DNA from: Octopus vulgaris | Taxonomy: Eukaryota | NCBI GenBank assembly: GCA_951406725.2 | Contig: OX597836.1 | Coordinates: 3,224,001-3,288,000, forward strand | Reading direction: 5' to 3' | DNA length: 64,000 nucleotides | Part shown: one piece after another, positions 24,006-36,722 of the stretch | Numbering within the stretch: the first letter of the stretch is position 1 | Layout of the letters: each line of letters opens with the position of its first letter | Notes under the pieces: model-generated | Told to the model about the DNA's origin: nothing | The model's database searches: none | What the model saw: the letters and a program-made list of their open reading frames with translations, nothing else | Program-made: the position numbers and the translations under genes

Positions 24006-26474
24006 TCAGTGGTATTTCTATGGTGCTTCCGATATTTATTTTTTCAACATATTTTCCATCGTCATATTTTATATCTCCTAGAAGGGTAGAAAATGAATAC
24101 CATCCTTCATGGGACTTGTATCTGAAGGGTTGTTTTTTTTTCTGTAGGAGACAAACTTGTGTGATTAGATTAATATTCCTATTTACTCTTCGTGTTTATT
24201 TATATTTACCTGTGTCTTTTTTCTTCAAAGTATATCCGAAAGTCGTTCCACTATGAATTGAGAATGGTTTGCTATGAAATAGTAAGATTCTTGGGCGGCA
24301 TGTGAACTACTTGAACCACACCTACTTTTTCGCATAGCAGAACAGAGAATCGATGTTGCACCTTCTGTAAAATTGATGCAATTTAATTTTTTACTTCCAA
24401 GCTTGTAGCATAGGTTTTTTCTCTTTAAATTCTTAATCCCACCATTGTCATGAATTCGCTATGGACAAATTCAAAACTAAATCTGTTCGAAATCCTACAT
24501 ACCAATAAATGGTTTTTGTTGTAATGAACCGTAAAGACATGTGTTCATCTCATGTGCTTATCCTAATGTCTGCTAGAGGGTTAAATAGAAGAGTACTTTG
24601 GGCATAGAATTCATAGCCATTTGACTTTATGGTTTTAGTTTCTGCCCTTTGATTTCAACATCTGTTCGATCTAATATCTGGCGTTTTCCTCATCATAAAG
24701 TTGATGAATAAACAAAGCTGTCCAGTGGGTTCGAATAACGGAGTTGTAAGAGCTTCTGTGAGGATGATTTCTAATATTTTGTATCGTTTCCATTTCTCTG
24801 CGTTCTAAATCAAAATCCCACCTTGATGACCAGTTTTCAGAAGCGACCTCTTCTTGATGCCCTAAAAATGATGCTTTCCTTTTTTTTAAATTGTTTCATT
24901 TTAGCACCAATTCCAACAATTATTAGAGCAGGGATTCATCAGTTGCAATCAACTCCAAACTAATCCCATTCTTTTGTCGACCTCGGTTGGATGAAAGATA
25001 AATTTAACCTCGCTAGAGATTTAAACGCCAAACGTAAAGACGCAGTAGAAATGTTGCGAGACATAAGTTCTTGCTTCGACGCTCAAGCGCTTCTGCCAAA
25101 CTTGACGCCATTCTATGCCCTAATAATACAAACGACACCAAATTTTAAAATGTTTCTTTTATCTGAGTAGAAACTATCAAAAAGCACAGAGTGTTCAAGA
25201 GATAATTCCACTGATGATGATTCTCTCTATATGGACGCCACACCGAGAATGGATGAAAGTTCTTCGCTAAAACGTACACAGCGGAGTTTGCAAATAGATA
25301 CCCCTAACTCTGTCTTCAATCTTATTCTTAGTTCATACGCAGAGCAGTTGTCGTTGATGTTGTTTGTTTAACCTGAAGTCAGTAATTACAATAAAAGAAA
25401 TCTACTATCAAATCCATCTCACTTATTTTAACTTTTCTGTGTCTGGGAAACACAATGTATTGTGTCCTTTGAAGAAAATCGGTGTTTTCTGGTAGTTCTT
25501 CGATTCATCTACCTTTGCACAAAATGACTGCCACAGATCTGTTCATTTTCAATTCTTAGTCTTTTACAACTTACCCTAAGGCGGATCGTTTTCCTTTCGC
25601 ATCAGTTTGCACAACTCACACTTCTCTACCGCGAGCAACGCAGAGAATACTTGCAAAATATTGTACGTTTTAATGGCGATGTCTTGCGTTTGTGTATTAT
25701 CAAACACCAGGAGTTTTTTTCTTTCTTTTCTTTGCAAATATATGTTCACAGAGCCCAGTATACGTTCGTAGCCAAATCTTATGGCAACCTTATGATAAAA
25801 CCGTGGATTTCACCACAAGAGATTGAAGAAGTCACAGATTTTCGAAATGGCAATTTAGATATGTGGTGTTATTATCTGGAATGAGTGAAGAGGGAATTTC
25901 ACCTTTGTAATGCTACCGAACAGCAATTTTGAATCTGCTCCTTTTGTTTATTTTACTCCCAATTACTTATGCATTGCACCGCATTCTTCGGTTGCATAAA
26001 CTAGCTGTCAGGCATCAATTGTCTATTTGTATTTGAGCGTCTTCTCCAGGGTGGCATTCGTCTTTAAACATCTTAGAGCTACAAGCATATTTAGGAATTT
26101 CAAAATAGATATTCAACTTCACAAGTTAATATAAAATGGTTCGCACAAATAGATACCAAATCATTTTATGTTGCTTCTAAACGTTTTTCTAAATGCTAAA
26201 AATCACTACTTAACGGGTTTCATATTTTAGGCCTATAACCAGGTTCATTTCAGCCACGATCATCTAGCCAGGCATACCGTAAATATGATTTCATTATTCA
26301 GTGTGTCCTTCCAAATAGTTTAACGCTATTCAGTGTATATTTTTCTGAAAATTTATCTATTTCGAACCGGAAAGAACGTAACAAGTTCCCTTTATAATGT
26401 AAGGTTTTATGGATGGATAGATGAGTGGGTGGATGTTATTTTTTTTATATGCTACTAACGTAATTGCAGGCGCA

Positions 26475-26508
<34 letters not shown>

Positions 26509-27005
26509 TGCGTGTGTGTGTTTAATCTACTTGCTTCATTCGTTAGATTGCAAAATATATTAAACGTTTCCAAGTCAGTCTATCATGTTTTGTCTTAGCC
26601 GTGCGATATTCTCATTTTAAAGATAATCCATATAGATTTTCCAGAATTGTAAGTTCTTATTTTTCGTATACTTATATGACTATGGAAACAATGCGAACGA
26701 AAATATAGAAAAATTGTCACCGGATACATATGCATGTTTCAAGCTTTACTGGCCATTCATGAGGAACATATCCAAAGAATTAACTTTCCAAACACATATT
26801 GCTTAAATACCCGTTAGGTGTAGCAGATTAACGCCATTGGCCAGTAATAAGCAAACACCAGCTACTTAGAGGGATCAAAGTGAAATATAGACAAGTAATG
26901 ACCGTTCAGTATATGTGTATCCGTATTTCTGCCTATACATATACTTATATACGCATATATACATACAGATATAAATGTATATATACAGAGATGTATATGT
27001 ATGTG

Positions 27006-27097
<92 letters not shown>

Positions 27098-27348
27098 TGT
27101 GTGCTTGAATTTCTGCTCAGTAATATTAATAGATATTTGATATATTCAAACATAATTTTTATCAAGTGATTATACACATTCGCATTCTCACAGACACTTG
27201 TATATTAATATTACCATTTATGTGCGTGTATATGTGTTTATATGTATGTCTATGTACGTGTATATATTTATATAAATATACATATATATCTATAGAGAGA
27301 GAGAGTGGGGAGGACGGCAAATAGATATCCATACACATAAATTTATAT

Positions 27349-27392
<44 letters not shown>

Positions 27393-28379
27393 TTATATAT
27401 GTACACGTATATGTATTTATATACATACATATGTGCGTATGTCTCTATGCATGTATTATATATGCATATATGTATGCATATACGTGTGTGAGTGTATGTA
27501 TGTATATAATTAGGTACGTCTTTCGCATGGAAACCAGCATGTGTCTCTTTAGGGTGGGGCGTAGAATTACAGGGGTGGTGTTTTAGCTGGCAGTGGTAGA
27601 TTGCGTTCTACTGTTGGTTGTATCTCTGGTGCTTTTGGTGAGCACTGGCAGCGGCGGCGGTGACTACAACTGCTACTGTCGATGGTAGTGATCATGGTAA
27701 TGCTTGTAGCTGCAATGGCGATGTGGCTGTTGGTACCTTTACGCTTGTTGCGCAGTTTCCTAGAGCGAAACTTGTATGTTGGTCAGTAAGTGAAAAACAG
27801 AAATGGAAAAAAAATGTACGATATCGAAATATCAAAAGAATGTAAAAAGGAAATATTTAAAATGCATAATATAACACATCGTAAATCACTACACACACTA
27901 CACACACACACACATAAAAAAACGGAGTGATTCATTTGCACATATACAACGCTCACGGTGTATTGCAAAATCAGTGATACATAAACACAAACATATATAC
28001 ATACACACACTCATACACACACACTCATCACACGCACACACACACACACACACAAACTCAGGTACGCAACTTAAACAAAAATCGGATATTTTGAATTCTA
28101 CAAACATCAGATATTTTGGAAATAGAAGGCAAATAAATAAACGAGATTTTCACAGTATGAAAACACTGCAAAACTACAAGAGCGGGGAGGTGGAGCGAGT
28201 GGGGATGAAGCGGGGGAGATGAAGAAAGAAAGAGAGAGAAAGAGATAAGTAGGTGGAACGGGGAGGGGGAAGAATGACTAGAGATGGTGGGAGGCGTTAT
28301 GAGGGGGATAGGCAGAGGTGTCTATGTTAAGAAGTCGAGTGTTAAAACACAAAAACTAAACAAAGTTTTGCATATCTAT

Positions 28380-28726
28380 CGAAGATTATTATCATCATCG
28401 TCATCATCATTATTATTATTATTATTATTATTAATGCTGTTGTTGTTGTTGTTGTGACTCATTGCATTAAATGGAGATGCGGTATTAACTGGGGCCAGAA
28501 CATTGGCAAAGAGACAAATAATGCCCAGCATATATATTATGCGTATGTGTGTGTATAATTAATAAAGAAAAAAAAGCGGAGAAGAAAGACTACAAAAAAA
28601 CAACAAAGCGAGGGCCTGGTGCACACACAAATATATATGTGTGTATGTATGTGTGTGTGTGCGTGCGTACGTGCATATATACGCATGATTCTGACAATTG
28701 CAATATGACAAAAATGGAAGCAAATA

Positions 28727-28774
<48 letters not shown>

Positions 28775-29385
28775 GAAGAGGAAGAGTAGGAGAAAAACAA
28801 TAGGGAAAGGGAGGAGGAGGAGGTCTTAAAGTAGGAATGAAAGTTGCAACACGTTTGTTTTTTTTTGTAACTGTTGTTCAGGATGAAGAGGAGAGGGAGG
28901 AGAAAGGGTGAGAAAGTAGAGGAGAAGGAGGTGGACGAAGGTGGTGGCGATGATGATGGTGTTTGTGATGATGATGTTGATGATGCTGCGGACCTAATAT
29001 GAAAAGGAGGAACCTGCTGCAGCAATAAACAAAGCCACTGCAGCTGAGAGCCGCAGAGACAGCAGCAGCAGCATCCGCAGCAGCAGTAGCAGTCACAACA
29101 ACAGCAACAACAACTGCAATAATAATCACAATAACAACATCGATGATTGTGTTAGAAATAAATAAATAAATAAATAGCACCAATAATAATGAGAACCACA
29201 AGAAACGATGGAAGAACAACAATTAGAAGAATAATAAGGAAAACCTACGAGGAACAACTGGTACAACAACAACGACAACAACAATAACAGAAACAGGTAA
29301 AATAATTTGAACAGTAGTAACAAGAACATCAAAAACAACATCCGTAGCGACAGGAAGCAAGCAACGAGTGTAGTAACAAGAAGAA
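28380..29385. repeat. Low-complexity trinucleotide block ((TAG)n, GAG, GAT, CAG, AAC)
   Basis: Perfect (TAG/GTA)n at about 28727-28773 plus degenerate triplet runs. Confidence 0.85.
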
Positions 29386-29388
29386 TAT

Positions 29389-29785
29389 TTTTTCTACTTT
29401 AGGCACAAAGCCCGAAATTTTGGTGGGGCGGGGTCCAGTCGATCAGATAGACCCCAGTACGAAACTGGTATTTAATTTATCTACCCCGAAAGAATGAAAG
29501 GCAAAGTCGAACTCGGCGGAATTTGAACTCAGAACATAAAGACAGACGAAATACCTATTTCTTTACTACCCACAAGGGGCTAAAATACACAGGGAACAAA
29601 CAAGGACGGACAAACGGATTAAGTGGATTATATCGACCCCAGAGCGTAACCGGTACATAATTTATCGACCCCGAATGGATGAAAGGCAAAGTGGACCTCG
29701 GCGGAATTTGAACTCAGAATGTAACGGCAGACGAAATACTGCAAAGCATTTCGCCGGCATTCTAACGGTTCTGCCAGCTCGCCAA
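29389..29785 (-). mobile_element. Dimeric SINE family B (complete unit plus head-truncated unit, each with a different tail)
   Basis: Two copies of GATGAAAGGCAAAGTCGACCTCGGCGGAATTTGAACTCAGAA joined at GACGAAATACC|TATTTCTTTACTACCCACAAGGGG. Confidence 0.88.
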
Positions 29786-29844
29786 TTTGTAATAGCAAGA
29801 AGAATTCAGAAAGAAATACAAAGAAAATGCTTTCAAATTTTGAT

Positions 29845-30190
29845 TTCTGACACACGGCCAACTATTTTTAAGGGGGTGGGGAGTCAATGATATCAATCCC
29901 GGTGCTTGGCCGGTATTTATTTGATCGATGCCAACAGGATGAAGAGCAAGGTCGACCCCTGTGGAATTTTCAAATCATAACGTAATGGTCGTAGATGTCC
30001 ACCATGGTTGCCGTCCAGTCATGTTGTCGCGTTAGTAATCCTTTCGGCTAATGGCACAAGGCCTGAAATTTTGAAGGAGGGGTTCAAGCCGATTGCATTG
30101 ACCCCTCAATACACAACAGTTACTCATTTTGTTTGACTCCTACAGGATAAATGGCAAAGTCGACCTGGGCGAGATTTGAACTTGAAATTG
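29845..30190 (-). mobile_element. Two further SINE family B fragments
   Basis: GGCACAAGGCCTGAAATTTT tails and GGCAAAGTCGACC-like cores. Confidence 0.75.
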
Positions 30191-30196
30191 ATTTGT

Positions 30197-30263
30197 AATA
30201 ACGAGTAAATCGTAAGACGAGCTCGGTCAGGGAACGAATTAAACTCGTATTGCGAGGTATTAC

Positions 30264-30266
<3 letters not shown>
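30197..30266 (-). mobile_element. pogo/Tigger-like MITE terminal fragment
   Basis: The minus strand begins CAGTAATACCTCGCAATACGAGTTTAATTCGTTCC, a CAGT..CCTCG TIR style like that of 60054-60306. Confidence 0.6.
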
Positions 30267-30296
<30 letters not shown>

Positions 30297-30357
30297 CAGT
30301 AATAAGGTAAGAAGCAACAACTTTAATAACGAAATCAATATCTATACGCACACATAT

Positions 30358-30990
30358 TTCCCTCTCCACCCTCAACGTCCTTTTCAAGTAAAACTTGAAA
30401 AATTTGATGGGGGCTTGGTCAAAGAGGAAAATGTCTGACTTTAGCGCTTTCAAATGGGTCCACCATATCACCTCTTTCGCTACAGCTACCAGACAAATAA
30501 AAACTGCCTGCCCCTCCCGGCCAAAGGAGGATGGCGAGGCAATCTTCACTATAGATTCAGCTGATAGCCAGACCCGTCCCACACACGACAGCAGGTGTTG
30601 AACATAAACCCACAGGTCAGCAATACTCGGGCACTGGACGAGTGCGTGCAGAACGGTTTCCTCGTTCTGGGCGCATCCCGAGCAGGCCCGGCTGACGGCA
30701 CTTCCGTGCCTGTAAAGTTTCACGAATAGGCGGTGCCCCTCGTTAGCATGAAAGGCAAGAGATTTCTGGAAGTTATCCATAGGCCCAGGCCCGCAAGTTC
30801 TCCGAAAAAGACCGGTTAATTGATCCTCATCGACGACTAGAGTTTCCCCGAGAACGCCGTCGTACTTTCTCTCCACGAGCCCTCTAGAGAACGCTAATGT
30901 GGAACTATCACCGACTGTTTTACTCACATGGTGGAGGGCTGTGAGCGCTTGACGGCACTCGAGCTGGCAAGCACCCCTCCTCGGTCTACG
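30358..30990 (-). mobile_element. Tx1/L1-clade LINE ORF2 C-terminal fragment (zf-RVT region)
   Basis: KLYRHGSAVSRACSGCAQNEETVLHALVQCPSIADLW...VAVAKEVIWW...FFKFYLKRTLRVERE contains a CxxC..ETxxH....C zinc knuckle. GC content is elevated. Confidence 0.88.
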
Positions 30991-31061
30991 CTTAATCCAG
31001 TTAACGATTCTGCCAGCTCGTCGCCTTCGCCTGTTCACCGCTATTTTCATTCATAATAATG

Positions 31062-31270
31062 CTTTGCACTTTTGGTACAAAGTCAGCAATTTATGTGGTT
31101 GGGATAAGTCGATTAATCAACCCCGGTGTTTCATTGGTATTTAATTTATAGATACCGAAAGGATGAAAGGCAAAATCGATCTCAGTGGAATTTGAACTTA
31201 AAAAGTAAAGACGGACGAAGTGCCGCTAAGCTTTTTGCGAGACGTGCTAATGCTTCAGCCAGCTCACCGC
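31062..31270 (-). mobile_element. SINE family B, full length
   Basis: Head GGTGAGCTGGCTGAAGCATTAGCACG on the minus strand, with core and tail present. Confidence 0.82.
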
Positions 31271-31955
31271 TATTAATAATAATTTCAAAAGCAACTAGAC
31301 CAACAGGGTTAATATCAACCACCACCAATAACAAAAAACAGTAATAACAACGACAACAACAACAGAATCCTAGCACTAACAACATTATTTTGCTCGACAA
31401 TTCAATTTAATTTCTCTTGAATTTTTGTCAAGAATGGCAACAGTTGGATTTGTTCAACACATTGTGAATCAGCAATCAACAATCTTCAAAAGTTCACAGC
31501 CGGTTCTTGTACTGATTATTGATTTCTAAGTCGGTTTATTAATTAACTTCTGTTTCATTAATAATATCTGATGCTTTCTCTGAAAGAGTGAAACTAGAAA
31601 GCCGAGTTAATTGTACAATCAAAAGTAACGTGTTTTTGGCGAGAACATTGCTGTAACTGTAAAATTAGCTTTTATTTTATACATTTCCGAATTCTGTTTA
31701 ATTAAGTTTTTACTGGTCTGGCGAACACTGGAGCTGAATAAATAGCAAATGAGTTTTTAGAATGCGTTGTCGAATGAGTTTCGTTAGGAAAATGTCCAGT
31801 GAATCCCCGAGGACAGTCTGGAGTGAATGACTGAGTGACACCGAGAGAAATGGTTCTAAATCCATGGACGTCTGTGATTCCGCTTTTATTGAAATGAACT
31901 CTCAAAGACATTCAATGTTTAAAAATTCCTATTGTACTCTTATAATTAAAGAGGA

Positions 31956-32170
31956 CGGTGGCGAGCTGGCAGTGTCGGAAGGTACGCTGTGTAAAATGGT
32001 TTGCGGTATTTCGTCCTTCAAGTTCTCAGTTCAATTTCGGCCGCGGTAGGCCTCGCCATTCATCTTTTCGGGATCGTTAAAATAATTACCAGTAATGTAC
32101 TGTGGCTGATGTAATGGACTTACCCCTCCCCTCAAACACTGTTGGCCTTGTGCCAAACTTTGAAGCCAAT
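31956..32170 (+). mobile_element. SINE family B, diverged full length
   Basis: GGTGGCGAGCTGGCAG head, CATTCATCTTTTCGGGATCG core and GGCCTTGTGCCAAA tail. Confidence 0.8.
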
Positions 32171-32179
32171 ATTATTCTG

Positions 32180-32398
32180 TACGAAAGGATGCAGCAAAGC
32201 AGTTGGCTTTAACGCTATTGCAAAATGCATCGTTAGAGGCCCAATCTTCTGAGTTCTTTTGCAGGGCTTAGAAAATCTGAAGGGCCGCTGCAATAAGCGT
32301 GTATCTCAGAGGAGAATAAGTTTAATGCAAACATAATTAACTGAACGGCCTGTATATTCTTTTACTCAAAGACAAAACCTTTTCAGCAACCCATCGTA
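32180..32398 (+). mobile_element. mariner-derived MITE (diverged copy)
   Basis: Homologous to 42453-42655. TA termini; right TIR CTTTTCAGCAACCCATCGTA. Confidence 0.7.
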
Positions 32399-32934
32399 GG
32401 TTTGGAAGAATCGTTAAAAAGGGCAGAGAGGATGTAATTTCACATCAGTTCTTTTATTTTACGTTCTGTGACCAAATCATGCCGAAATTAAGTACTCAAC
32501 ACATTGCGAATCAACAATTTCCAAAACTTTACAGCCGTTTCTGGTAATAAATGTTACTCCTTTCAATTTTAGTGTAGGGCAAGACTACATCCTCATCTCT
32601 CTACTTTTAAATCATCACATAGAAAAGAATCGAATACAGATGCAGATTCCTAATAGGTGTTGGAGTCGATTTATTCAACTAAACCCTTTATGGCATTGTC
32701 CCAGAATGACACCGCAGTCCAGTCACTGAAACCAGTAAAGTAATTATTATGTGTAAATGTATTTCATATGTGTGTGTATGTGTGTGTGTGTGTGTGTGTG
32801 TGTCAATGTATACAAGTATTTAAATAATCATATACGTTTAATTAATGTTTTGCACACGTACATACATATACGAATGTGCGTGTGTCTACACAGAGGGTAA
32901 TGTTGCATCGATTATATTTTGTTTGAATATACTT

Positions 32935-32984
<50 letters not shown>

Positions 32985-33511
32985 AGAGAGACAGAGAGGA
33001 CGGGAAATCTTTTCACTAGTTGACTTAATATTCCGCCTGATCAAGTGATATCAATGTTAATTGTACCACAGTATATACACTTTGTTATTGATATAATGCA
33101 CAAATATTTGTACTTGCAATGTGTGTATACAAGAAAAGAGTGCGAGAGAGAGAGGCAAGGGGGACAGGAGAGGAGGGTTGAGAGACAGAGAGCGCAAGAG
33201 ACGGCGACAGAGCTGGTTGTAGAAGTCTATCAATGGTTATATATTTCGATAAATGTTTAGATAGATCCCATCGATCGGTAAATGAAGTCAGAGATTACAT
33301 GGATGGAGGGATAATTGAATAGATGAGTTGATGGATGTTCAGATCAATTAATCGATATCTGTGTACATTGATGGCTGGCTGGCGAGATCAATCACTCAGT
33401 CAATCGATTCGTCGATAAGGAGTGTATAGATAGATATAAATAATTGATTAGTTTTTAAGTAATATCCAGTGCTGCGAGCAAGCTTTAATTAACGCGCAGG
33501 TAAAAATATAT

Positions 33512-33726
33512 TCTTTTCTAATCTAGGCACAAGGCCAGAAATTTTAGGGGAGGGAACCAGTCGATTAGATCAACCCCAGTACGCGACTGATACTTAATTT
33601 CTCGACGCCGAAAGGATGAAAGGCGAAGTCGACCTCGGCGGAATTTGAACTCAGAATGTAAGAACAGATGAAATAACACTAAGCATTTCGGCCGGCGTGC
33701 TAACGTTTCTGCCAGCTCGCTGCCTT
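33512..33726 (-). mobile_element. SINE family B, full length and young
   Basis: Close reverse-complement match to the head and core of 59391, with the alternative GGCCTTGTGCCTAG tail. Confidence 0.9.
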
Positions 33727-33747
33727 ACAGGTGAAAATATATTAAAA

Positions 33748-34065
33748 CGCAACTGGCGTGGTAAGATGCTTGCTTCCCAACCACATGTTTCCGGGTTCAG
33801 TTCAGTCCCACTGCGTTGCACCTTCGGAAGGTGTCTTCTATAGCCTCTGGCCGACCAAAACCCGTCGTATACGTGTGTGTGTGTGTGTGTGTGTCTGCTT
33901 TTGTCCCCCCAAAAAATCACTTGACAACCGATGTTGGTGTGTTTACGTTCCCGTAACCTAGCGGTTCGGCAAAAGAGACCGATAGAATAAGTACGGGTCG
34001 ATTTGTTCGAGTAAAGGAAGTACTCCAGCATGGCCGCAGTCAAATTACTGAAACATGTGAAAGAA
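33748..34065 (+). mobile_element. SINE family A
   Basis: GGTAAGATGCTTGCTTCCCAACCACATG head, internal (TG)n, CCAGCATGGCCGCAGTCAAA tail. Confidence 0.88.
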
Positions 34066-34260
34066 TTAATCTAAACTCGGAACCGTTTGGTAGCCACATG
34101 CATTTATCACATATTTTCTCGAAGACTCTTCTGGTAGGTTTCTCCTCTTTGTTCTGTTCTTGTCGTACATAATACTCGTCACTTGTACATGCTTACACAC
34201 ACATACACACACACATGCGCGCACGTGTTTAAATGACTAAGATGTCACAAGTGTTATTTA

Positions 34261-34950
34261 TTACCTCCTGCCTTAGCGAAGGCGGAGGTATTGTTCTCAC
34301 TCGTGTTTGTTAGATTGTTTGTTTGTCTGTGGACAAGATATCTCAACAACATCTGGTTGGATTCGGATGAACCTTCCAGGCATGTTTGGCCTTGTAACTG
34401 ACACGAACTGATTAGATTTTGGCATCGATCTAGTACCGGACAATGATTTTATTACTACCCACAAGGGGCGAACATAGAGGGGACAATACAATCGGGGAAC
34501 TTAAAATAAGAAAGCGAATGACAAGAAAAGGAAAAAATAAAAGTAATAATGACATATGAAAGAATATTTACAATGAGATGTAAATGTCCACTCGATCCCC
34601 GGAATCAAGAGGTTACATTTTCGTCACATATTTCCCCAAATTTTCTTTTATTTTCCTCTCACAATTCTATACATATTCTATAATTGTTTCAACTTCTCTG
34701 AAGTCCATCACTGGGTCCTCAGGTAGCCGCTCTGTCACTCGAACCTTCGTGTAAAATATTACACTTTCTCCGGCAGCTCTGAAGAACTCAGCGACACCTT
34801 CCTCGGGGATCCTGGTACCGGACAATGATTCTGTATTATTTTTCCTGTTTTTGCACTTAAATTTTGTAAGCGGTCGGGTTCATTTTTAGTATTCTTGTTT
34901 GTGAGAACGCTCGAGTTTATTTCAGATATTCTCATTTGAAAATTATCTCT
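34261..34950 (+). mobile_element. Helentron-associated non-autonomous element (HINE/DINE-1-like), interrupted
   Basis: Starts TTACCTCCTGCCTTAGCGAAGGCGGAGGTA (terminal hairpin), followed by a GTTTGTTTGTCTGT microsatellite and a GGATTCGGATGAACCTTTC core. It resumes after an insertion. The right boundary is approximate. Confidence 0.7.
34449..34814 (-). mobile_element. 5'-truncated retroposon inserted with a 16 bp or longer target-site duplication
   Basis: GTACCGGACAATGATT occurs at 34433-34448 and 34815-34830. The minus strand has an open frame PEEGVAEFFRAAGESVIFYTKVRVTERLPEDPVMDFREVETIIEYV* and a 3' end like the SINE B tail. Confidence 0.75.
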
Positions 34951-35249
34951 GGATAATTTACTAATACAGTAGCTTTTCTCACGACCTACGTCTCATGGTA
35001 TGTATTAAGTTAATAGGATTACTAACCTATTAATCCATATTCGGCAAAATCTTGTCTCGTCCTAGAGATACACCTTAACAATCCACAGGCTTTCCTTGAA
35101 AACTAACTATTATAAATCAACCAAATTATCATGATTCGCATAATATCTCTCCCCGGATACGTAACTGCGATAAACTTCAAGCGAATTATAATCTAGAAGA
35201 GAGATATTGTTTCATTTGGCTAAAGCTGTGATATATCGAACAACAAGGA

Positions 35250-35462
35250 AGCGAGATGGCTGAATCGTTGGCACACCCGGCAAATGCTTAGCGGCATTTT
35301 GTCCGTCTTTACGTTCTGGGTTCAAATTCCACTAAGGTTGAATTTGCCTTTCATTCATTGGAGACCGATGAAGTAAATAGCAGTCGAGCACTGCGGTCGA
35401 TGATCGATTTACCTCTTTCCCCCGCCGAACCTGCTGGCCTTATGCCAACATTTGAGACCAAT
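35250..35462 (+). mobile_element. SINE family B
   Basis: GCGAGATGGCTGAATCGTTGGCAC head, GGTTCAAATTCC B-box, TTTGCCTTTCATTC core. Confidence 0.82.
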
Positions 35463-35852
35463 ATATCGAACAACAAAGATTTACATAGGTACTTATCGTT
35501 ATAAGGCAACCACTTGGCAAGAGATACGTTCTTTCCTTTTTCATGATGGATGAGAAGTGAATATATCAGTAATGAAAACAGTGGAATCTAAATTTTCTCA
35601 ACTCTCTCTGCCTCTATCTCTCTTTTTCTTGTGTTATTAATCTGCATTCGGATTATTGACAAGGGAATTGTACTTGAGATCTTTAATTATAATATATGAT
35701 TCACACATCTCTAATCTCTTATGTAATTTTAGTTTCATGCAATTTTTCATTTCAGTAGTAAATGCAAGCGTTTGTTTTCTTATAGTTACTGATAATAGTC
35801 TCTATCCCATAGTCTCTCGGGTGAATGGTATGTTATGTGGTATAGGATTATG

Positions 35853-36150
35853 TGAGGGCGCGTGGCGTAGTTGTTAAGGTGCGGCGCACACGATTGCGGG
35901 ATCCTGATCTCAGTTTCAGGGCTTATTAGTGCATTCGGTCCTTCGAGCAAAATACCTCATCGCACTTTGATCTCCAATCACTTCAACGCTTGTCTTGTGG
36001 TACACCGCGCATCTGTTCAGGTAACATGAATTTGATGGAGGGAGTGAGATGATGTACAGCACTAGCATTTGATCCACTGTTAACAAATAATTTGTGCTGG
36101 TTTGTTCAGTAAGACGTTACAGAACCGTCTTTCCCGGATTACGGGAGACT
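35853..36150 (+). mobile_element. tRNA-derived SINE (family D-related, different tail)
   Basis: GAGGGCGCGTGGCGTAGTTGTTAAGG head and GTCCTTCGAGCAAAATACC core. The tail resembles about 42950-43170. Confidence 0.6.
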
Positions 36151-36276
36151 GGCATTATTTGGTTGTGAGTTGAATACGCAGCAGTGTGTAAGATGTACAT
36201 CGGATGATCTAATAAGTGCAAAGACGGTGAACATTTCGTAGAGGTTAAGATATAAGTTTGTATAGCTATGTTTGTG

Positions 36277-36590
36277 AAGGCTCATGACTCAGTGTTTAGA
36301 GCGCCGAGCTCATCATAATCATGAGGTAGTGAGTTCGATTCCTGTACCGAGATGTGTGTTAGTTTCTTGAGTAAGACACTTTGTTTCACGTTGCTCCAGT
36401 TCACTGGGCTGTAGAAATGAGTTGCTACGTCACTGGTGCCAAGCTATATCGGCTTGGATAGCATCAGTGGCGTGGAGAGTCTGGTACGCATGGGCGACTG
36501 CTGGTCTTCCTGAAACATCCTTACCCGGATTTATGCCACGGTAACGTTCTAGGTTCAATCCCATCGTCATACATGACCTAACGTGGGTCC
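36277..36590 (+). mobile_element. SINE family D (V-domain-like core)
   Basis: GAGTTCGATTCCTG B-box. CTTGAGTAAGACACTTTGTTTCACGTTGCTCCAGTTCAC..GCTGTAGAAATGAGTTGC is shared with 52708-53020. Confidence 0.8.
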
Positions 36591-36673
36591 TTTTCTTACA
36601 TTTGTTAGTTATGTACATATGCGTGTGACTGTGTGCGTACCAACGTTCACTTACTATTATTTCATATTACAGT

Positions 36674-36722
<49 letters not shown>

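Noticed and set aside
30124-31050. 308-aa host gene
   Set aside because: It is a chimeric ORF: SINE-derived start, Tx1 LINE fragment, then microsatellite and MITE sequence.
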